From Anaerolineae bacterium (GTDB lineage: Bacteria > Chloroflexota > Anaerolineae > S140-20): a DNA stretch of 43,453 nucleotides. The stretch is from positions 1-43,453 of the forward strand of contig JALUTT010000070.1 in the NCBI GenBank assembly GCA_027021705.1, given 5' to 3'. Of this stretch, positions 27,018 through 36,979 are shown piece by piece (position 1 is the stretch's first letter; every line of letters starts with the position of its first letter). The notes beneath the pieces were generated by a model, which saw nothing but the letters and a program-made list of their open reading frames with translations, was not told the DNA's origin and did not search any database. The position numbers and the translations under genes are program-made.

Positions 27018-27413
27018 ATGAAGATCGCAGTGGTATCCAACGACGGAAATAGGATCAGCGCCCATTTCGGTCGCGCTCGTCTCTACGTGGTGGTGACCGT
27101 GGAGGATGGACGGGTTGTGGGGCGAGAGGTGCGGGAGAAAGCGTACCACACGCACGCTCATCATCACGATCACTCCGCAGCCTCAGGGCAGGGGCATGGC
27201 TTGGGGTCTGGCGCTCGGGCGCGACATCAGGAGATGATCGAGCCGATTCGCGACTGTGATCTTTTGGTGAGTCGGGGGATGGGAGCCGGAGCCTACGCTG
27301 GCCTCCAGGCGGCCGGCATCCGCCCTATTCTGACCGATCTTCGGACCGTTGACGAGGCGATCCAAGCCTACCTGGAGGGGCGCTTGGTTGATCACCCTGA
27401 ACGCCTTCACTGA
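27018..27413 (+). CDS. NifB/NifX-family FeMo-cofactor-binding-like protein
   Basis: MKIAV..ISAHFGRA, His-rich loop, CDLLVSRGMGAGA. Confidence 0.9.
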   Translation: MKIAVVSNDGNRISAHFGRARLYVVVTVEDGRVVGREVREKAYHTHAHHHDHSAASGQGHGLGSGARARHQEMIEPIRDCDLLVSRGMGAGAYAGLQAAGIRPILTDLRTVDEAIQAYLEGRLVDHPERLH

Positions 27414-27993
27414 TGGTTTCAGGAAGTGGCGGCAGGTCGTCCAGGCTTTCCAGACCGAAGTACTGAAGGAAGGCGAAGGTAGTGCCGTAGAGGATGGGCC
27501 GGCCTATGGTGTCGGCCCGGCCCACCTCTTCAATGAGCCCCTTGCGCAGCAGGGTGCGCAGCACGCCATCGGAGTTGACTCCCCGGATCGCCTCGATCTG
27601 GGCGCGGGTGATCGGCTGGCGGTAAGCGATGATGGACAACGTTTCCAAGGCGGCTTGGGAAAGGCGACCTCGGCGTTCCAGTCCCAGAAACCGCTCTACA
27701 TAGGCGGCCAGAGAGGGGGCTGTGACCAGTTGTACCCGATCCTTCACCCGTTGCACCCGGAGCCCGCGTTCCCGGTAGGTTATCTCCAGTTCCTGGAGGG
27801 CTGCCTCCACCGCTTCGGGGGGGGCCTCCAGCACTTGGGCCAACCGCTTGAGGGAGACGGGCTCCTCGGCGACGAAGAGCAGCCCCTCCACCAACGCTGC
27901 CAAGTTAGGGGGAGCGGGGGCGGTCGGTGAGGGGCTGGACCCTTCCGGGCTGTCTGGTCGCTCGTCTTGGGGTGTCGTCGGCCTCTCTTTCAC
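27325..27993 (-). CDS. scpB: SMC-Scp complex subunit ScpB
   Basis: VEGLLFVAEEP, LSQAALETLSIIAYRQPITRAQIEAIRGVNS, GRPILYGTT. Confidence 0.95.
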   Translation of the reverse strand: MKERPTTPQDERPDSPEGSSPSPTAPAPPNLAALVEGLLFVAEEPVSLKRLAQVLEAPPEAVEAALQELEITYRERGLRVQRVKDRVQLVTAPSLAAYVERFLGLERRGRLSQAALETLSIIAYRQPITRAQIEAIRGVNSDGVLRTLLRKGLIEEVGRADTIGRPILYGTTFAFLQYFGLESLDDLPPLPETISEGVQGDQPSAPPGRLGSPRQRSEDRSE

Positions 27994-28009
27994 GGGGTGC
28001 GTCAGCCGT

Positions 28010-28687
28010 TCAGAGAAGGGTGGAGGGAAGCCCCAGGCCAGCGGTGAACTCTACAGGAATCCCCAACCCGTTGAGAAGGTTTTGGAGGGCCTGCCAGAAT
28101 TCCGGTGGAGCGAAGAAGTAGAGCACCGCTCCGATGACCAGCCCGGCGATCACCAGGGCAACGACACAGCCGCAGCCGTACATCAGCCAGCTAGAGCCCC
28201 TTCGGGGCTCGGGGTAGGCTGCCGGTGCGGGAGCGGGTGCGACGGCCGGCTGGGCTGCCGGTGCGTGAGCGGGCGGTGGGGGCGGGGAGGGGGGCACGAC
28301 GGCCGGCGCAGGAGGAGAAGCGGCGGCCGGGACGCCAGGCTGCTGGGCGGCAACCGTCCGCTCGGTGCTTACCGGCCGGCCGTAGAAGACCAGGACCACG
28401 TTGTCCCCCAGCCCGATCCGGTCACCGTGGGCCAGGGTGTGCGGGCCGCTGATTCGGATCCCGTTGACAAAGGTTCCATTGGTGCTGTTCAGGTCTTCCA
28501 GGACCATCAGGTCGCCGCGACGGGTCAGCCGGGCGTGCTGCCGGGAGACTTGGGGCTCCTCAATCACCACGTCGTTGCCTGGAGCCCGGCCAATGCTCAC
28601 AGAGGCTTTGGAGAGGGTAAAGGTCTGACCGATATGGGGGCCAAGCTCGACCACCAACTGGAACGTGGGGGCGCTGGTCTCTTCCAT
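28010..28687 (-). CDS. FHA-domain protein with Pro-rich linker and C-terminal TM
   Basis: IGRAPGND, VSRQHA, DLNSTNGTFVNG; RBS AAGGAGG before ATG 28687. Confidence 0.92.
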   Translation of the reverse strand: MEETSAPTFQLVVELGPHIGQTFTLSKASVSIGRAPGNDVVIEEPQVSRQHARLTRRGDLMVLEDLNSTNGTFVNGIRISGPHTLAHGDRIGLGDNVVLVFYGRPVSTERTVAAQQPGVPAAASPPAPAVVPPSPPPPPAHAPAAQPAVAPAPAPAAYPEPRRGSSWLMYGCGCVVALVIAGLVIGAVLYFFAPPEFWQALQNLLNGLGIPVEFTAGLGLPSTLL

Positions 28688-28757
28688 TTCGTTGTTTGCC
28701 TCCTTACGCCGCGTCATTGGGCAATCCACAAGTCCATCCAGCGGATCGTCAGCATAG

Positions 28758-28786
28758 AGTATACGATTATTGGGAGTAGATGTCAA
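28758..28786 (-). promoter_or_regulatory. sigma70 promoter of the FHA-scpB unit
   Basis: TTGACA-17bp-TATACT. Confidence 0.75.
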
Positions 28787-28886
28787 ATGGAGCGCACCTG
28801 GTCTATCGGAGGAATGTGACGGTGTTAGCACAAGAAGTGTGAGCTAGATTACAGTCTTTCCTGACCCCAGGTGGTATACTACAATC

Positions 28887-29061
28887 AGCTTGCGGAGCGG
28901 TAAGGTTGTTGGGGATGTGCAGGTGTTGGTGCTCGTCGTGGTCGGGGGAGAGGACGTGGGTTGGCGGTCCGACCAGACGAGCGAAATTTTTCCTCGATGT
29001 ATTGTACGTATCGTTTATGAGAGCAGGTCGGGGCCTCGGAAGAGGCCCCGACCTGCTTTTT
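28887..29061 (+). ncRNA. Candidate ~175-nt small RNA
   Basis: Extended -10 TGGTATACT (28872-28880), internal 14-bp stem, plus-strand terminator, no credible ORF. Confidence 0.5.
29022..29061 (+). terminator. Intrinsic terminator
   Basis: 16-bp perfect stem agcaggtcggggcctc-GGAA-gaggccccgacctgct with a T run on the + strand. Confidence 0.85.
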
Positions 29062-29086
29062 GGGATATGCTGCCCCTCGCTAGAGC

Positions 29087-30019
29087 TTATCCCTGGCGGA
29101 CCTCCCGTGCGACGAATGTGATGATCTCCTCAGGCGGCGTCCGGCTCACGTCGAACCAGCGGATGGCGGGGTCGTCCCGTCGGAACCAGTTGGCTTGATG
29201 GCGGACGAAACGACGGGTCTCTCGCTTGATCTGGGCGATGGCTTCCTCTAGCGTCGTCTCCCCCCGCAGATAGGCCCCGATCTGCTTGTAGCCCAGTCCC
29301 GACATCGCCGGCACGTCCCACCCATAGGCTTCGGCCAGGCGACGGGTCTCCTCCACCAGTCCCTGGGCGATCATCCGCTCCACCCGCTCGTCAATGCGGG
29401 CGTAGAGGAGGGGGCGGGGCATCGTCAGACCGATCTGGAGGACCCGGTAGGGAGGCGGTCGCTTTCCCCGTTGGACGCTGAAGGGCCGTCCTGTTCGCAG
29501 GATCACCTCCAGGGCCCGGATGGTCCGTCGGACGTTGCGCGGATCAATCAGCCGGGCGGCCTCGGGGTCCAGTACGGCCAGCCATTGGTGAAGCCATTGA
29601 GGACCGCATGCCTCGGTCAGCCGCTCCAGGACGGCCCGCAGTCGGGGCTGGGGCGGAACCGGGGGCACCTGCCATCCCTCGACCACCGCCCGCACGTACT
29701 GGCCCGTCCCGCCTACCAGGAGTGGGAGCTTCCCTCGGGTCAGGATGTCGTCAATGGCCGCATAGGCCAGGCGTTGGTATTCGGCCAGCGTCAGCGTCTC
29801 GGCCGGCGTCACCACGTCCAGCAGGTGGTGGGGAACCCGGGCTCGCTCCTCCGGCGTCGCCTTGGCTGTGCCAATGTCCATCCCCCGATAGACCTGGCGC
29901 GAATCGGCGGAGACGATCTCGCCGTCCAGGGCTTCGGCGATCTGGATGGACAGGGCGGTCTTGCCCACCGCCGTCGGCCCGACGATGACGACCAGCGGCC
30001 CCTTCTTCACACCGACCAC
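29087..30019 (-). CDS. miaA: tRNA dimethylallyltransferase
   Basis: GPTAVGKT, SADSRQVYRGMDIGTAK, VGGTGQY. Confidence 0.97.
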   Translation of the reverse strand: MVGVKKGPLVVIVGPTAVGKTALSIQIAEALDGEIVSADSRQVYRGMDIGTAKATPEERARVPHHLLDVVTPAETLTLAEYQRLAYAAIDDILTRGKLPLLVGGTGQYVRAVVEGWQVPPVPPQPRLRAVLERLTEACGPQWLHQWLAVLDPEAARLIDPRNVRRTIRALEVILRTGRPFSVQRGKRPPPYRVLQIGLTMPRPLLYARIDERVERMIAQGLVEETRRLAEAYGWDVPAMSGLGYKQIGAYLRGETTLEEAIAQIKRETRRFVRHQANWFRRDDPAIRWFDVSRTPPEEIITFVAREVRQG

Positions 30020-30387
30020 TCCCCCGTCACGGCGTTCTCGTAGACCTCGATCCGCAGCAGCTTCCCCTGCGGGCTCATCTCGACGGCAACGACGTCAATG
30101 CGCCAAGCGACGTCGGACAGGTGGTGGGCATCCAGGTAGGCCTCGGCGACCCGGATGAGGCGGGCCTGTTTGGCCGGCGTGATGGATGCTTCGGGGGAAC
30201 CGAAGCGGTTCCCCCGACGGGTGCGCACCTCGACGAAGACGAGCCATTCTCCCTGTTCGGCGACGATGTCCACCTCGCCAGCGGCGCAGCGCCAGTTGCG
30301 GGCACACAGCCGGTAGCCCCGGCGGGTCAGCTCACGGACGGCCAGCTCTTCCCCGCGCCGGCCCAATCCACGCCGTGGATCGCTCAT
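30007..30387 (-). CDS. yraN: YraN family protein
   Basis: GRRGEELA, RNWRC..GEVDIV, FVEVRTR, RIDVVAV. Confidence 0.93.
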   Translation of the reverse strand: MSDPRRGLGRRGEELAVRELTRRGYRLCARNWRCAAGEVDIVAEQGEWLVFVEVRTRRGNRFGSPEASITPAKQARLIRVAEAYLDAHHLSDVAWRIDVVAVEMSPQGKLLRIEVYENAVTGEWSV

Positions 30388-30459
30388 CGCTGCCCTTTCA
30401 TCCGAGTGCTGGTCCTCCTCCGGCTGCAGGGAGAGGCGGGAGAGCATCCTGGTGGAGCC

Positions 30460-31926
30460 CTATGCCAGCGAGGTGTAGCACAGGATCGGCTTGCGAGCCG
30501 CCCGGACCTCGTCCAGCCGGCGGACGGGGGCGGTGTGAGGCGCGTTGTGGAGCAGGTCTGGATCCTCCCGCCCCTCCTCCACGATCTTGAGCATGGCCTC
30601 GGCGAAGGCGTCCAGCGTCTCCTTGCTCTCCGTCTCCGTCGGCTCGATCATCAGGGCCTCCGGGACGATGAGGGGGAAGTAGACGGTGGGCGGGTGGAAG
30701 CCGTAGTCTATCAGCCGTTTGGCCACGTCCATCGTGTGGATGCCCTTCTCCTGGAGGTCTTTGGGAGGGCCGGCCAGGACAAACTCGTGCATGCAGGTGC
30801 GGTCGTAGGGCAGGGGGTAGGTCTCTTTAAGCCGGGCCAGCAGATAGTTGGCGTTGAGGACGGCGTGCTCGGCGACTTCGCGCAGCCCTTCGGCGCCCAG
30901 CATACGGATGTAGGTGTAGGCCCGCACCATGACGCCGAAGTTGCCGTAGAAGGCCTTCACCCGTCCGATGCTCTTGGCCGGCATCTTCCAGACGTAGAGG
31001 GGGCCTTCGGGATGGTCCTCGCTCCCCGGCTCGATGGCGGCGATGGGGCCGGGCAGGTAGTCCACCAGCCGCTCGACGCAGCCCACCGGCCCGGAGCCGG
31101 GACCACCACCGCCGTGGGGGGTGCTGAAGGTCTTGTGCAGGTTGAAGTGCATCACGTCGAAGCCCATCTCCCCCGGCTTGGCGATCCCCACCAGCGCGTT
31201 CAGGTTGGCGCCATCGCCGTAGAGGAGCGCTCCGTGGCGGTGGACCAGGTCGGCGATCTCCTCCAGATGCTCGTCGAAGAGCCCCAGCGTGTTAGGGTTG
31301 GTGAGCATCAGCCCGACGACGGTGTCGTCCATCGCCGCTTCCAGAGCGGCCAGGTCCACGTTCCCCCGCTCGTCCGAGGGAATCTCGACCACCTCTAGGC
31401 CACTCATCGTGGTGCTGGCCGGGTTGGTGCCGTGGGCCGAGTCGGGGATCAGGATCTTGCGCCGCTTGGTGTCCCCCCGGTCCAGGTGGTACTTGCGCAT
31501 CATCAGGACGCCGGCCAGCTCACCGTGGGCGCCGGCCGAGGGCTGGAGGGAGACGCCCGCGAAGCCGCCGATCTCCTTCAGCCACTCCTGCAGGTGGTAG
31601 ACCAAGTAGAGGGCCCCTTGGACCGTTTCCTCAGGCTGGTAGGGGTGGAGGTTGCGGAAGCCGGCCAGGCGGGTCGCCACTTCATTGACCTTAGGGTTGT
31701 ACTTCATCGTGCAGGAGCCCAGGGGGTAGAAGCCCCGGTCCACCGCGTAGTTCATCTGGGAGAGATGCAGGTAGTGGCGGACGACATCCACCTCGCTGAC
31801 TTCCGGCAAGGGAAGCTCCTCTCGGAGCCATTCTTCGGGCATATCGCTCAGGGGGACGTCGGGATCGGGCAGGTCCACGCCTGTGCGGCCCGGTCTGCTC
31901 AGTTCGTAGATCAGAGGTTCGGTCAT
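30460..31926 (-). CDS. gcvPB: Glycine dehydrogenase subunit 2
   Basis: [37 protein letters not shown]. Confidence 0.97.
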   Translation of the reverse strand: MTEPLIYELSRPGRTGVDLPDPDVPLSDMPEEWLREELPLPEVSEVDVVRHYLHLSQMNYAVDRGFYPLGSCTMKYNPKVNEVATRLAGFRNLHPYQPEETVQGALYLVYHLQEWLKEIGGFAGVSLQPSAGAHGELAGVLMMRKYHLDRGDTKRRKILIPDSAHGTNPASTTMSGLEVVEIPSDERGNVDLAALEAAMDDTVVGLMLTNPNTLGLFDEHLEEIADLVHRHGALLYGDGANLNALVGIAKPGEMGFDVMHFNLHKTFSTPHGGGGPGSGPVGCVERLVDYLPGPIAAIEPGSEDHPEGPLYVWKMPAKSIGRVKAFYGNFGVMVRAYTYIRMLGAEGLREVAEHAVLNANYLLARLKETYPLPYDRTCMHEFVLAGPPKDLQEKGIHTMDVAKRLIDYGFHPPTVYFPLIVPEALMIEPTETESKETLDAFAEAMLKIVEEGREDPDLLHNAPHTAPVRRLDEVRAARKPILCYTSLA

Positions 31927-33296
31927 TGCGTCGCCTCCTCCAGGGCCGTGACCAGGTCGTCTATCTCCTCGCGGCTGTTCATCTCGGTGACGGCCAGGAG
32001 CATGTGGTTGGTCAGGCGAGGGTAGTCCTGCTCCAGGTCGTATCCGCCGATGATCTCCCACTCGTCCAGCAGGTAGGCGTTGATCTCGTGGACGGGGCGG
32101 GGGGTGCGGATGACGAACTCTTTGAAGAAGGGGCGCCGCCCGACGACCTGGAATCCGCTCAGGGCGTCAATGCGCTGGGCGGCGTAGTGGGCCTTGTGGT
32201 AGCAGAGCTCGGCCACCCGGCGCAGGCCGCGGCGGCCCAACGCGGCCATGTAGACGGCGGCGGCGATGGTCATCAGCCCCTGGTTGGTGCAGATGTTGCT
32301 GCTGGCCCTCGCCCGGCGGATGTGCTGCTCGCGAGCGGTGAGGGTCAGCACATAGCCGCGCTGGCCCTCGGTGTCCACCGTCTCGCCCACAAGTCGGCCG
32401 GCCATCTTGTGCACCTGCTTGCGTCGGGTGGCGAAGAAGCCCAGGTAGGGGCCGCCGAAGCTCAGGCCACCTCCCAAAGCCTGGCCTTCACCCACTACGA
32501 TGTCGGCCCCGTACTCGCCGGGCGGCTTGAAGAGGCCCAGGCTGATGGGGTCCACGACGACGGTGAAGAGGGCGCCGGCCTGGTGGGCAGCCTCGGCCAG
32601 CCGGGTCAGCTCCTGGGGGGAGGCCATCTGGCCGAAGAAGTTCGGCACTTGGACGGCCACCATCGCCGTTTCCCCGTCCACCAGGTCGGCCAGGGGGGTG
32701 AGGTCCGTCAGGGCTTCCAGGTCCTGGTGGGCCGTCTCGCCATCGCCGAGGATGGTCAGGCCCATCCCCTGGGTGTAGGTGCGGACCACAGCCCGGTACT
32801 CAGGGTGGATGGCCGGGGAGAGGACGATCTTGCGCCGCCGACGTCGGTGGACGTTGAGGGCCATGATGACGGCCTCGGCCAGGGAGGTGGCCCCGTCGTA
32901 GTGGCTGGCGTTGGAGACTTCCATGCCGGTGAGGGCGCAGATCATGCTCTGGTACTCGAAGATGGCCTGGAGGGTGCCCTGGCTCACCTCAGGCTGGTAG
33001 GGGGTGTAGGCGGTGTAGAACTCCCCTCGGCTGATGACGTAGTCCACCACGCTGGGGACGAAGTGGTTGTAGGCACCGGCTCCCAAGAAGCAGGCGTAGT
33101 GATGGGTGCCGGCGTTGGCCTCGGCCAACTGGTTAAGCTCCACCAGCACTTCCATCTCTGTCAGCGGTTCTGGGAGGCGGAATTCCACGGCGCGCGCCTT
33201 TTTGGGCACGTCGTGGAAGAGCTCCTCGATGCTCTCGACGCCGATGGCCGCCAGCATCGCCTGGCGATCGGCCTCGGTGTGAGGGATGAAGCGCAT
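31923..33296 (-). CDS. gcvPA: Glycine dehydrogenase subunit 1
   Basis: [28 protein letters not shown]. Confidence 0.97.
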   Translation of the reverse strand: MRFIPHTEADRQAMLAAIGVESIEELFHDVPKKARAVEFRLPEPLTEMEVLVELNQLAEANAGTHHYACFLGAGAYNHFVPSVVDYVISRGEFYTAYTPYQPEVSQGTLQAIFEYQSMICALTGMEVSNASHYDGATSLAEAVIMALNVHRRRRRKIVLSPAIHPEYRAVVRTYTQGMGLTILGDGETAHQDLEALTDLTPLADLVDGETAMVAVQVPNFFGQMASPQELTRLAEAAHQAGALFTVVVDPISLGLFKPPGEYGADIVVGEGQALGGGLSFGGPYLGFFATRRKQVHKMAGRLVGETVDTEGQRGYVLTLTAREQHIRRARASSNICTNQGLMTIAAAVYMAALGRRGLRRVAELCYHKAHYAAQRIDALSGFQVVGRRPFFKEFVIRTPRPVHEINAYLLDEWEIIGGYDLEQDYPRLTNHMLLAVTEMNSREEIDDLVTALEEATQ

Positions 33297-33685
33297 TATC
33301 CTTCCTCCTCGGCCACCACCGCTTCGTAGGCGGCCCCATCCAGCAGCTCGTCGAAGTCGGCGGGGTTATCAGGACGGATGCGGATGAACCAGCCTCGACC
33401 GTAGGGGTCCTCGTTGACCAGTTCGGGAGAGTCTTCCAGTTCCTCGTTGATGGCGGTCACCTCGCCGGAGACGGGCATGTAGACATCGGAGGCGGCCTTG
33501 ACCGATTCGACGACACCGAAGCTCTCGCCGGCCTCGTAGTGCTCGCCAACGGCCGGGAGTTCCACGTAGACAATATCGGAAAGGGCCTCCTGGGCGTGGT
33601 CGGTGATGCCGATCACCAACTCGTCATCCTCCCAGCGGGCCCACTCGTGGGTCTTGGTATACCGGGCATCGGGATCCAGGATCAT
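33296..33685 (-). CDS. gcvH: Glycine cleavage H protein
   Basis: YTKTHEW, VESVKAASD lipoyl-Lys; RBS AAGGAGG before ATG 33685. Confidence 0.97.
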   Translation of the reverse strand: MILDPDARYTKTHEWARWEDDELVIGITDHAQEALSDIVYVELPAVGEHYEAGESFGVVESVKAASDVYMPVSGEVTAINEELEDSPELVNEDPYGRGWFIRIRPDNPADFDELLDGAAYEAVVAEEEG

Positions 33686-33765
33686 CGGTGTACCTCCTTG
33701 GTAAGTAATGGGGGACTTCCAGGAGCTTCCGCAGCTTGGAATCCCCAGTCCGGGGTCAGAGATCG

Positions 33766-34542
33766 TCAATTTTGCAGGCTATAGACGAAGAAGGGAAACT
33801 CATCGCCTATTGGTGTGAGGCGGTATTTGATGGTTACCAATGTCAACTCACGGTGGGTCGAGGCCAAATCCGATTCTTCGGTGATCAACGCAACCCTGCC
33901 TAGGAGGTCTTGGTCGGTCAGTGGATTAGGGAAAATGTACATCTTGCGCTCACGGACCCGTCCATCTCCGTAGGAGCCGAATCCGCCGCGACTGAGGTTC
34001 CGGTGCTGTTGGTGCAGAGCGTAGTCTCGGTTGATGTAGTTTCCGTCAACGAGGAGGAAAGCCATCAGCCGGTTTTCGCTTTCAATCCTACCGTAAAGGC
34101 CGAGGGCGTAGAAGACGGTGATAGGCTGTCCACGTAGTGAAGCAAAAGGCTTGTACTTCCCCTTATAGTTCTCCTGACCACACGGAACGGTGCTGTTAAA
34201 GTCAATGGTGGTTCGGCAAGGTAATCCATCCCCTGTGTCCACGAAACGCGATGAGGCGGCCAAGGATTTGCATTCTACACCCAAGCGGATGCCTTGATGC
34301 TCCAACACGAAATCAGGATGTTCCAGTAGGCTCTGCCACAGGATGAGGTCGAACTGAGGTGAAGCGGTGGGCACTTCGACCTTGGCCACGCCGTAGCGGG
34401 CTGACCGGTAGTGCTCTATGGCCGGCACCTGCCAGAAAAACCATTCCTCAAAGCTCTCACCTAGAGGTGGATATGTCGCCTCGAGGAACGTTGTCGCTAG
34501 GGAGATGAACAGTTTCGCGGCTAGATGTTTCTCTGAGTCCAT
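33766..34542 (-). CDS. Putative PD-(D/E)xK restriction endonuclease
   Basis: HPDFV..GVECK catalytic-like motif, FNSTVP, RVRERKMY..PNP; 4 bp downstream of the methyltransferase; low GC. Confidence 0.65.
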   Translation of the reverse strand: MDSEKHLAAKLFISLATTFLEATYPPLGESFEEWFFWQVPAIEHYRSARYGVAKVEVPTASPQFDLILWQSLLEHPDFVLEHQGIRLGVECKSLAASSRFVDTGDGLPCRTTIDFNSTVPCGQENYKGKYKPFASLRGQPITVFYALGLYGRIESENRLMAFLLVDGNYINRDYALHQQHRNLSRGGFGSYGDGRVRERKMYIFPNPLTDQDLLGRVALITEESDLASTHRELTLVTIKYRLTPIGDEFPFFVYSLQN

Positions 34543-34546
34543 TGTC

Positions 34547-36709
34547 TCAGCCTCTTAATGTGGAGGGCACAGCCGAGGGCAGAAGAACCGTCTTACCTTG
34601 AGTGAAGAGCATCGCTGCAATGCCTCGGCGGAGACTGAGAAGGTCTTCTTGGGTTAGCGTGAAAGCGGGAGCAAGCTTTTCGACCAATTCTTCGGCTATC
34701 TCCCGAACTTGTTGAAGCAAATCTGGGGCCTCCCGAGGAGGCAAGGTGTGCAGGGATGCCGATTCGTTTTTACGGCAGACGAGGATGGTGTCGAAACGAA
34801 GTCCCCGTTTTCCTCGAACTGGCACGCCTACATCCATCTCGGCATATACGGGCCAGAGCCGCACGATGACAAACTGAGCATCCTTGAGAGCTTGTGCCAG
34901 GGCGTCCCATGCTTCTGCCGCCCCATGGTGAAAGGTGAAAACCAAAAGCCCTTCCTTCTTCAGGACTCGGTGGCACTCTTTGAAAACAGCCGTCAGGGTC
35001 TCCTGGTAGAAGGCTGTGTCTTTCCCTTGCTCGGCATTTCTGATAGCCTCTTCAGAGCGGCGTGATGAAGGGGCTTGCCATTGAGCATATCGGTCTTTCA
35101 ACCCCAGGCGCAGCCAGACGTAGAAGAAGTCAGACAGCTCTGCGTACATCACGTTGTCCAAGTAAGGTGGGTCCGTTACCACAGCATCCACCGATTGATC
35201 AGGAATTTCGGGCAGTTCAGTCGAGGAACGGTTGAGGAGAAAGACATGCTTCTCCGGGGAAGTCACCAACTCCTCAAAGGACTCGGCCAGAGAGGACTCC
35301 AGGCGTTCTCCGGGGATGGGGACTTTCACCACGCTGTCTCCGATGAGACGGCGTTCTAGGGGCTGGTGGGCATAGATTTTGCCGCGACGTAGCCGTTCGC
35401 GATATAGGGTGGAAAACCCTCCTGATGAGCGGGCTACTCCCCATAGGTTGGCTTCCAGGGGCTCTTTAGCGGGGATGAAAGCATGATGAGCAAAGATGTG
35501 ACGGATGGCACCGGTGCCCAGTCCTTTGGGCGAGCAAAACATGTTATTGAACTCCAGGACACCCGAGAAGAGGAGCAGCATAAGCTCCCGGACGTTGGGG
35601 TCCTGGAGGGCAAGGATTGCTCTTAACAAGGTGGAAAGGCCGATGAGTTGTCGGGCGTTGAACATCTGAAACCAGAAGCGGTAGTTATAGTTGAGCATCT
35701 GACGGGTGTTGAATCCTTGGGGGATAGGCTCATGGGGGTAAAGCCAGCGCCTCCGATCGTTCTCCAGCCTTCCCACGATGCGCTCGTAATGGACTAGATC
35801 ACTGGCCTCAGGTTTCTTGTAACGCTTGCCACAAGTTGGGCAGTAGGTATGGAGAGCAACCATTCTGTGGTGGGGTGGCTCCTTCGCGCTGCGCACTGCG
35901 CGGAGGATCGTATCCCGCGTTCCACAGACAGGGCATATGTAATAGGCTCCCCTGGAGAGGCCGCGCGAGGCTTCGAAGATGGTATGGCATAGGGGACAGG
36001 TTTGAGAGCGGTCCAGGGTGGTCGAAATATAGGGATGACCACAGGATGGGCAGGTGACAAGTCCGGTGTTAGGTTTGCTGGCATGTCGAGCCAGGATCAT
36101 GGACTTGCGCAGAGGCACCTCTTCACCGCAGGTCTGGCAGGGCACAACTTTGACCCAATAGGTGTAGACCGCTTGGGCCGGCCCCCCGCAGGCAGGGCAG
36201 TTTGTCTGGTACAGGCGCAGGATCTCCGCACTGACCTTCTCCTCCAGCTCACGATAGGCGCGATCCAGGGCGTGGAGGGAGACAGGTTCGACGATCTTCT
36301 TGACCAGGAACCAGGCGACAGGATTGATGTCTACCCCGATTACTCTGGCCCGTAAGCGTACAGCCTCACCTACGGTCGTGCCACCTCCCATAAAGGGATC
36401 CAGGATAACGGCATCCTGGAAGTTATGGGCCTGGTAGAGGAAGTCCAGAGGGGAGTAGCCCTCAGGAAGCAAGGTGCCCAGCAAGATTGCTCGAAAAGTT
36501 ACACCGGTGCGGCGGGCCCACCACTTGTGGATGTAGTAAGCCGGACGGTAAATGTTCTTACGGTACGATTCGATCCGGGCCAGGCGACTGATCTCCAAAA
36601 CCGGGAAGTCCCGCTCGATGGAACGGAAGCCGTGGCGAGGACGAGGGATTGCCGGTTCCCAGGGAAAGGCGAGCTGAGTCGCTTTCGTAAAATCCTTTTC
36701 GTGTAGCAT
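34547..36709 (-). CDS. Amino-DNA methyltransferase with zinc ribbons (DUF1156-like)
   Basis: IHKWWARR, DPFMGGGT (motif I), six CxxC, TDPPY (motif IV), YAELSDFFYVW, FTFHH. Confidence 0.9.
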   Translation of the reverse strand: MLHEKDFTKATQLAFPWEPAIPRPRHGFRSIERDFPVLEISRLARIESYRKNIYRPAYYIHKWWARRTGVTFRAILLGTLLPEGYSPLDFLYQAHNFQDAVILDPFMGGGTTVGEAVRLRARVIGVDINPVAWFLVKKIVEPVSLHALDRAYRELEEKVSAEILRLYQTNCPACGGPAQAVYTYWVKVVPCQTCGEEVPLRKSMILARHASKPNTGLVTCPSCGHPYISTTLDRSQTCPLCHTIFEASRGLSRGAYYICPVCGTRDTILRAVRSAKEPPHHRMVALHTYCPTCGKRYKKPEASDLVHYERIVGRLENDRRRWLYPHEPIPQGFNTRQMLNYNYRFWFQMFNARQLIGLSTLLRAILALQDPNVRELMLLLFSGVLEFNNMFCSPKGLGTGAIRHIFAHHAFIPAKEPLEANLWGVARSSGGFSTLYRERLRRGKIYAHQPLERRLIGDSVVKVPIPGERLESSLAESFEELVTSPEKHVFLLNRSSTELPEIPDQSVDAVVTDPPYLDNVMYAELSDFFYVWLRLGLKDRYAQWQAPSSRRSEEAIRNAEQGKDTAFYQETLTAVFKECHRVLKKEGLLVFTFHHGAAEAWDALAQALKDAQFVIVRLWPVYAEMDVGVPVRGKRGLRFDTILVCRKNESASLHTLPPREAPDLLQQVREIAEELVEKLAPAFTLTQEDLLSLRRGIAAMLFTQGKTVLLPSAVPSTLRG

Positions 36710-36734
36710 ACCCGTTTTACACCACCCAGCCGCC

Positions 36735-36935
36735 GGGTAACTGGTGATTACCCACATCTCGGGAATCCGCCCGGCCCGCCCGGACCTGGAAGGTCCGGGC
36801 TGAGAGGAGCAAAGCCCTAACGGGCTGTCTCACAGCCCCCGGCGTAAGGGGCGACCACTCGTGCCGCTCCCAAGGGCGGCCGCCAGGGCCGCTCCCTACC
36901 CCCCCCATTCTCAGCCGGGCGGTTTAGCGCCCGGC
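36735..36935. repeat. Cluster of REP-like hairpins
   Basis: gcccggacct/aggtccgggc, agccc-taac-gggct, gtaaggggcg..cgctccctac, gccgggcg/cgcccggc. Confidence 0.65.
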
Positions 36936-36979
36936 GTCGACTTATAATCACCACGCCGGGTAAGGGTTGACGGGGAGTA

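Noticed and set aside
28890..29198. Short ORFs 28890-29198 and 28906-29121
   Set aside because: No RBS, they run through the terminator hairpin and overlap miaA antisense.
30121..33329. Long plus-strand ORFs antisense to gcvP genes (similarly 12134-13450, 22662-24074, 41542-43011)
   Set aside because: Antisense shadows of well-supported genes, caused by codon bias.
33686..33765. Possible glycine riboswitch upstream of gcvH
   Set aside because: The region is too short and lacks the GGAGA..CCGAAG..CTCTCAGG core.
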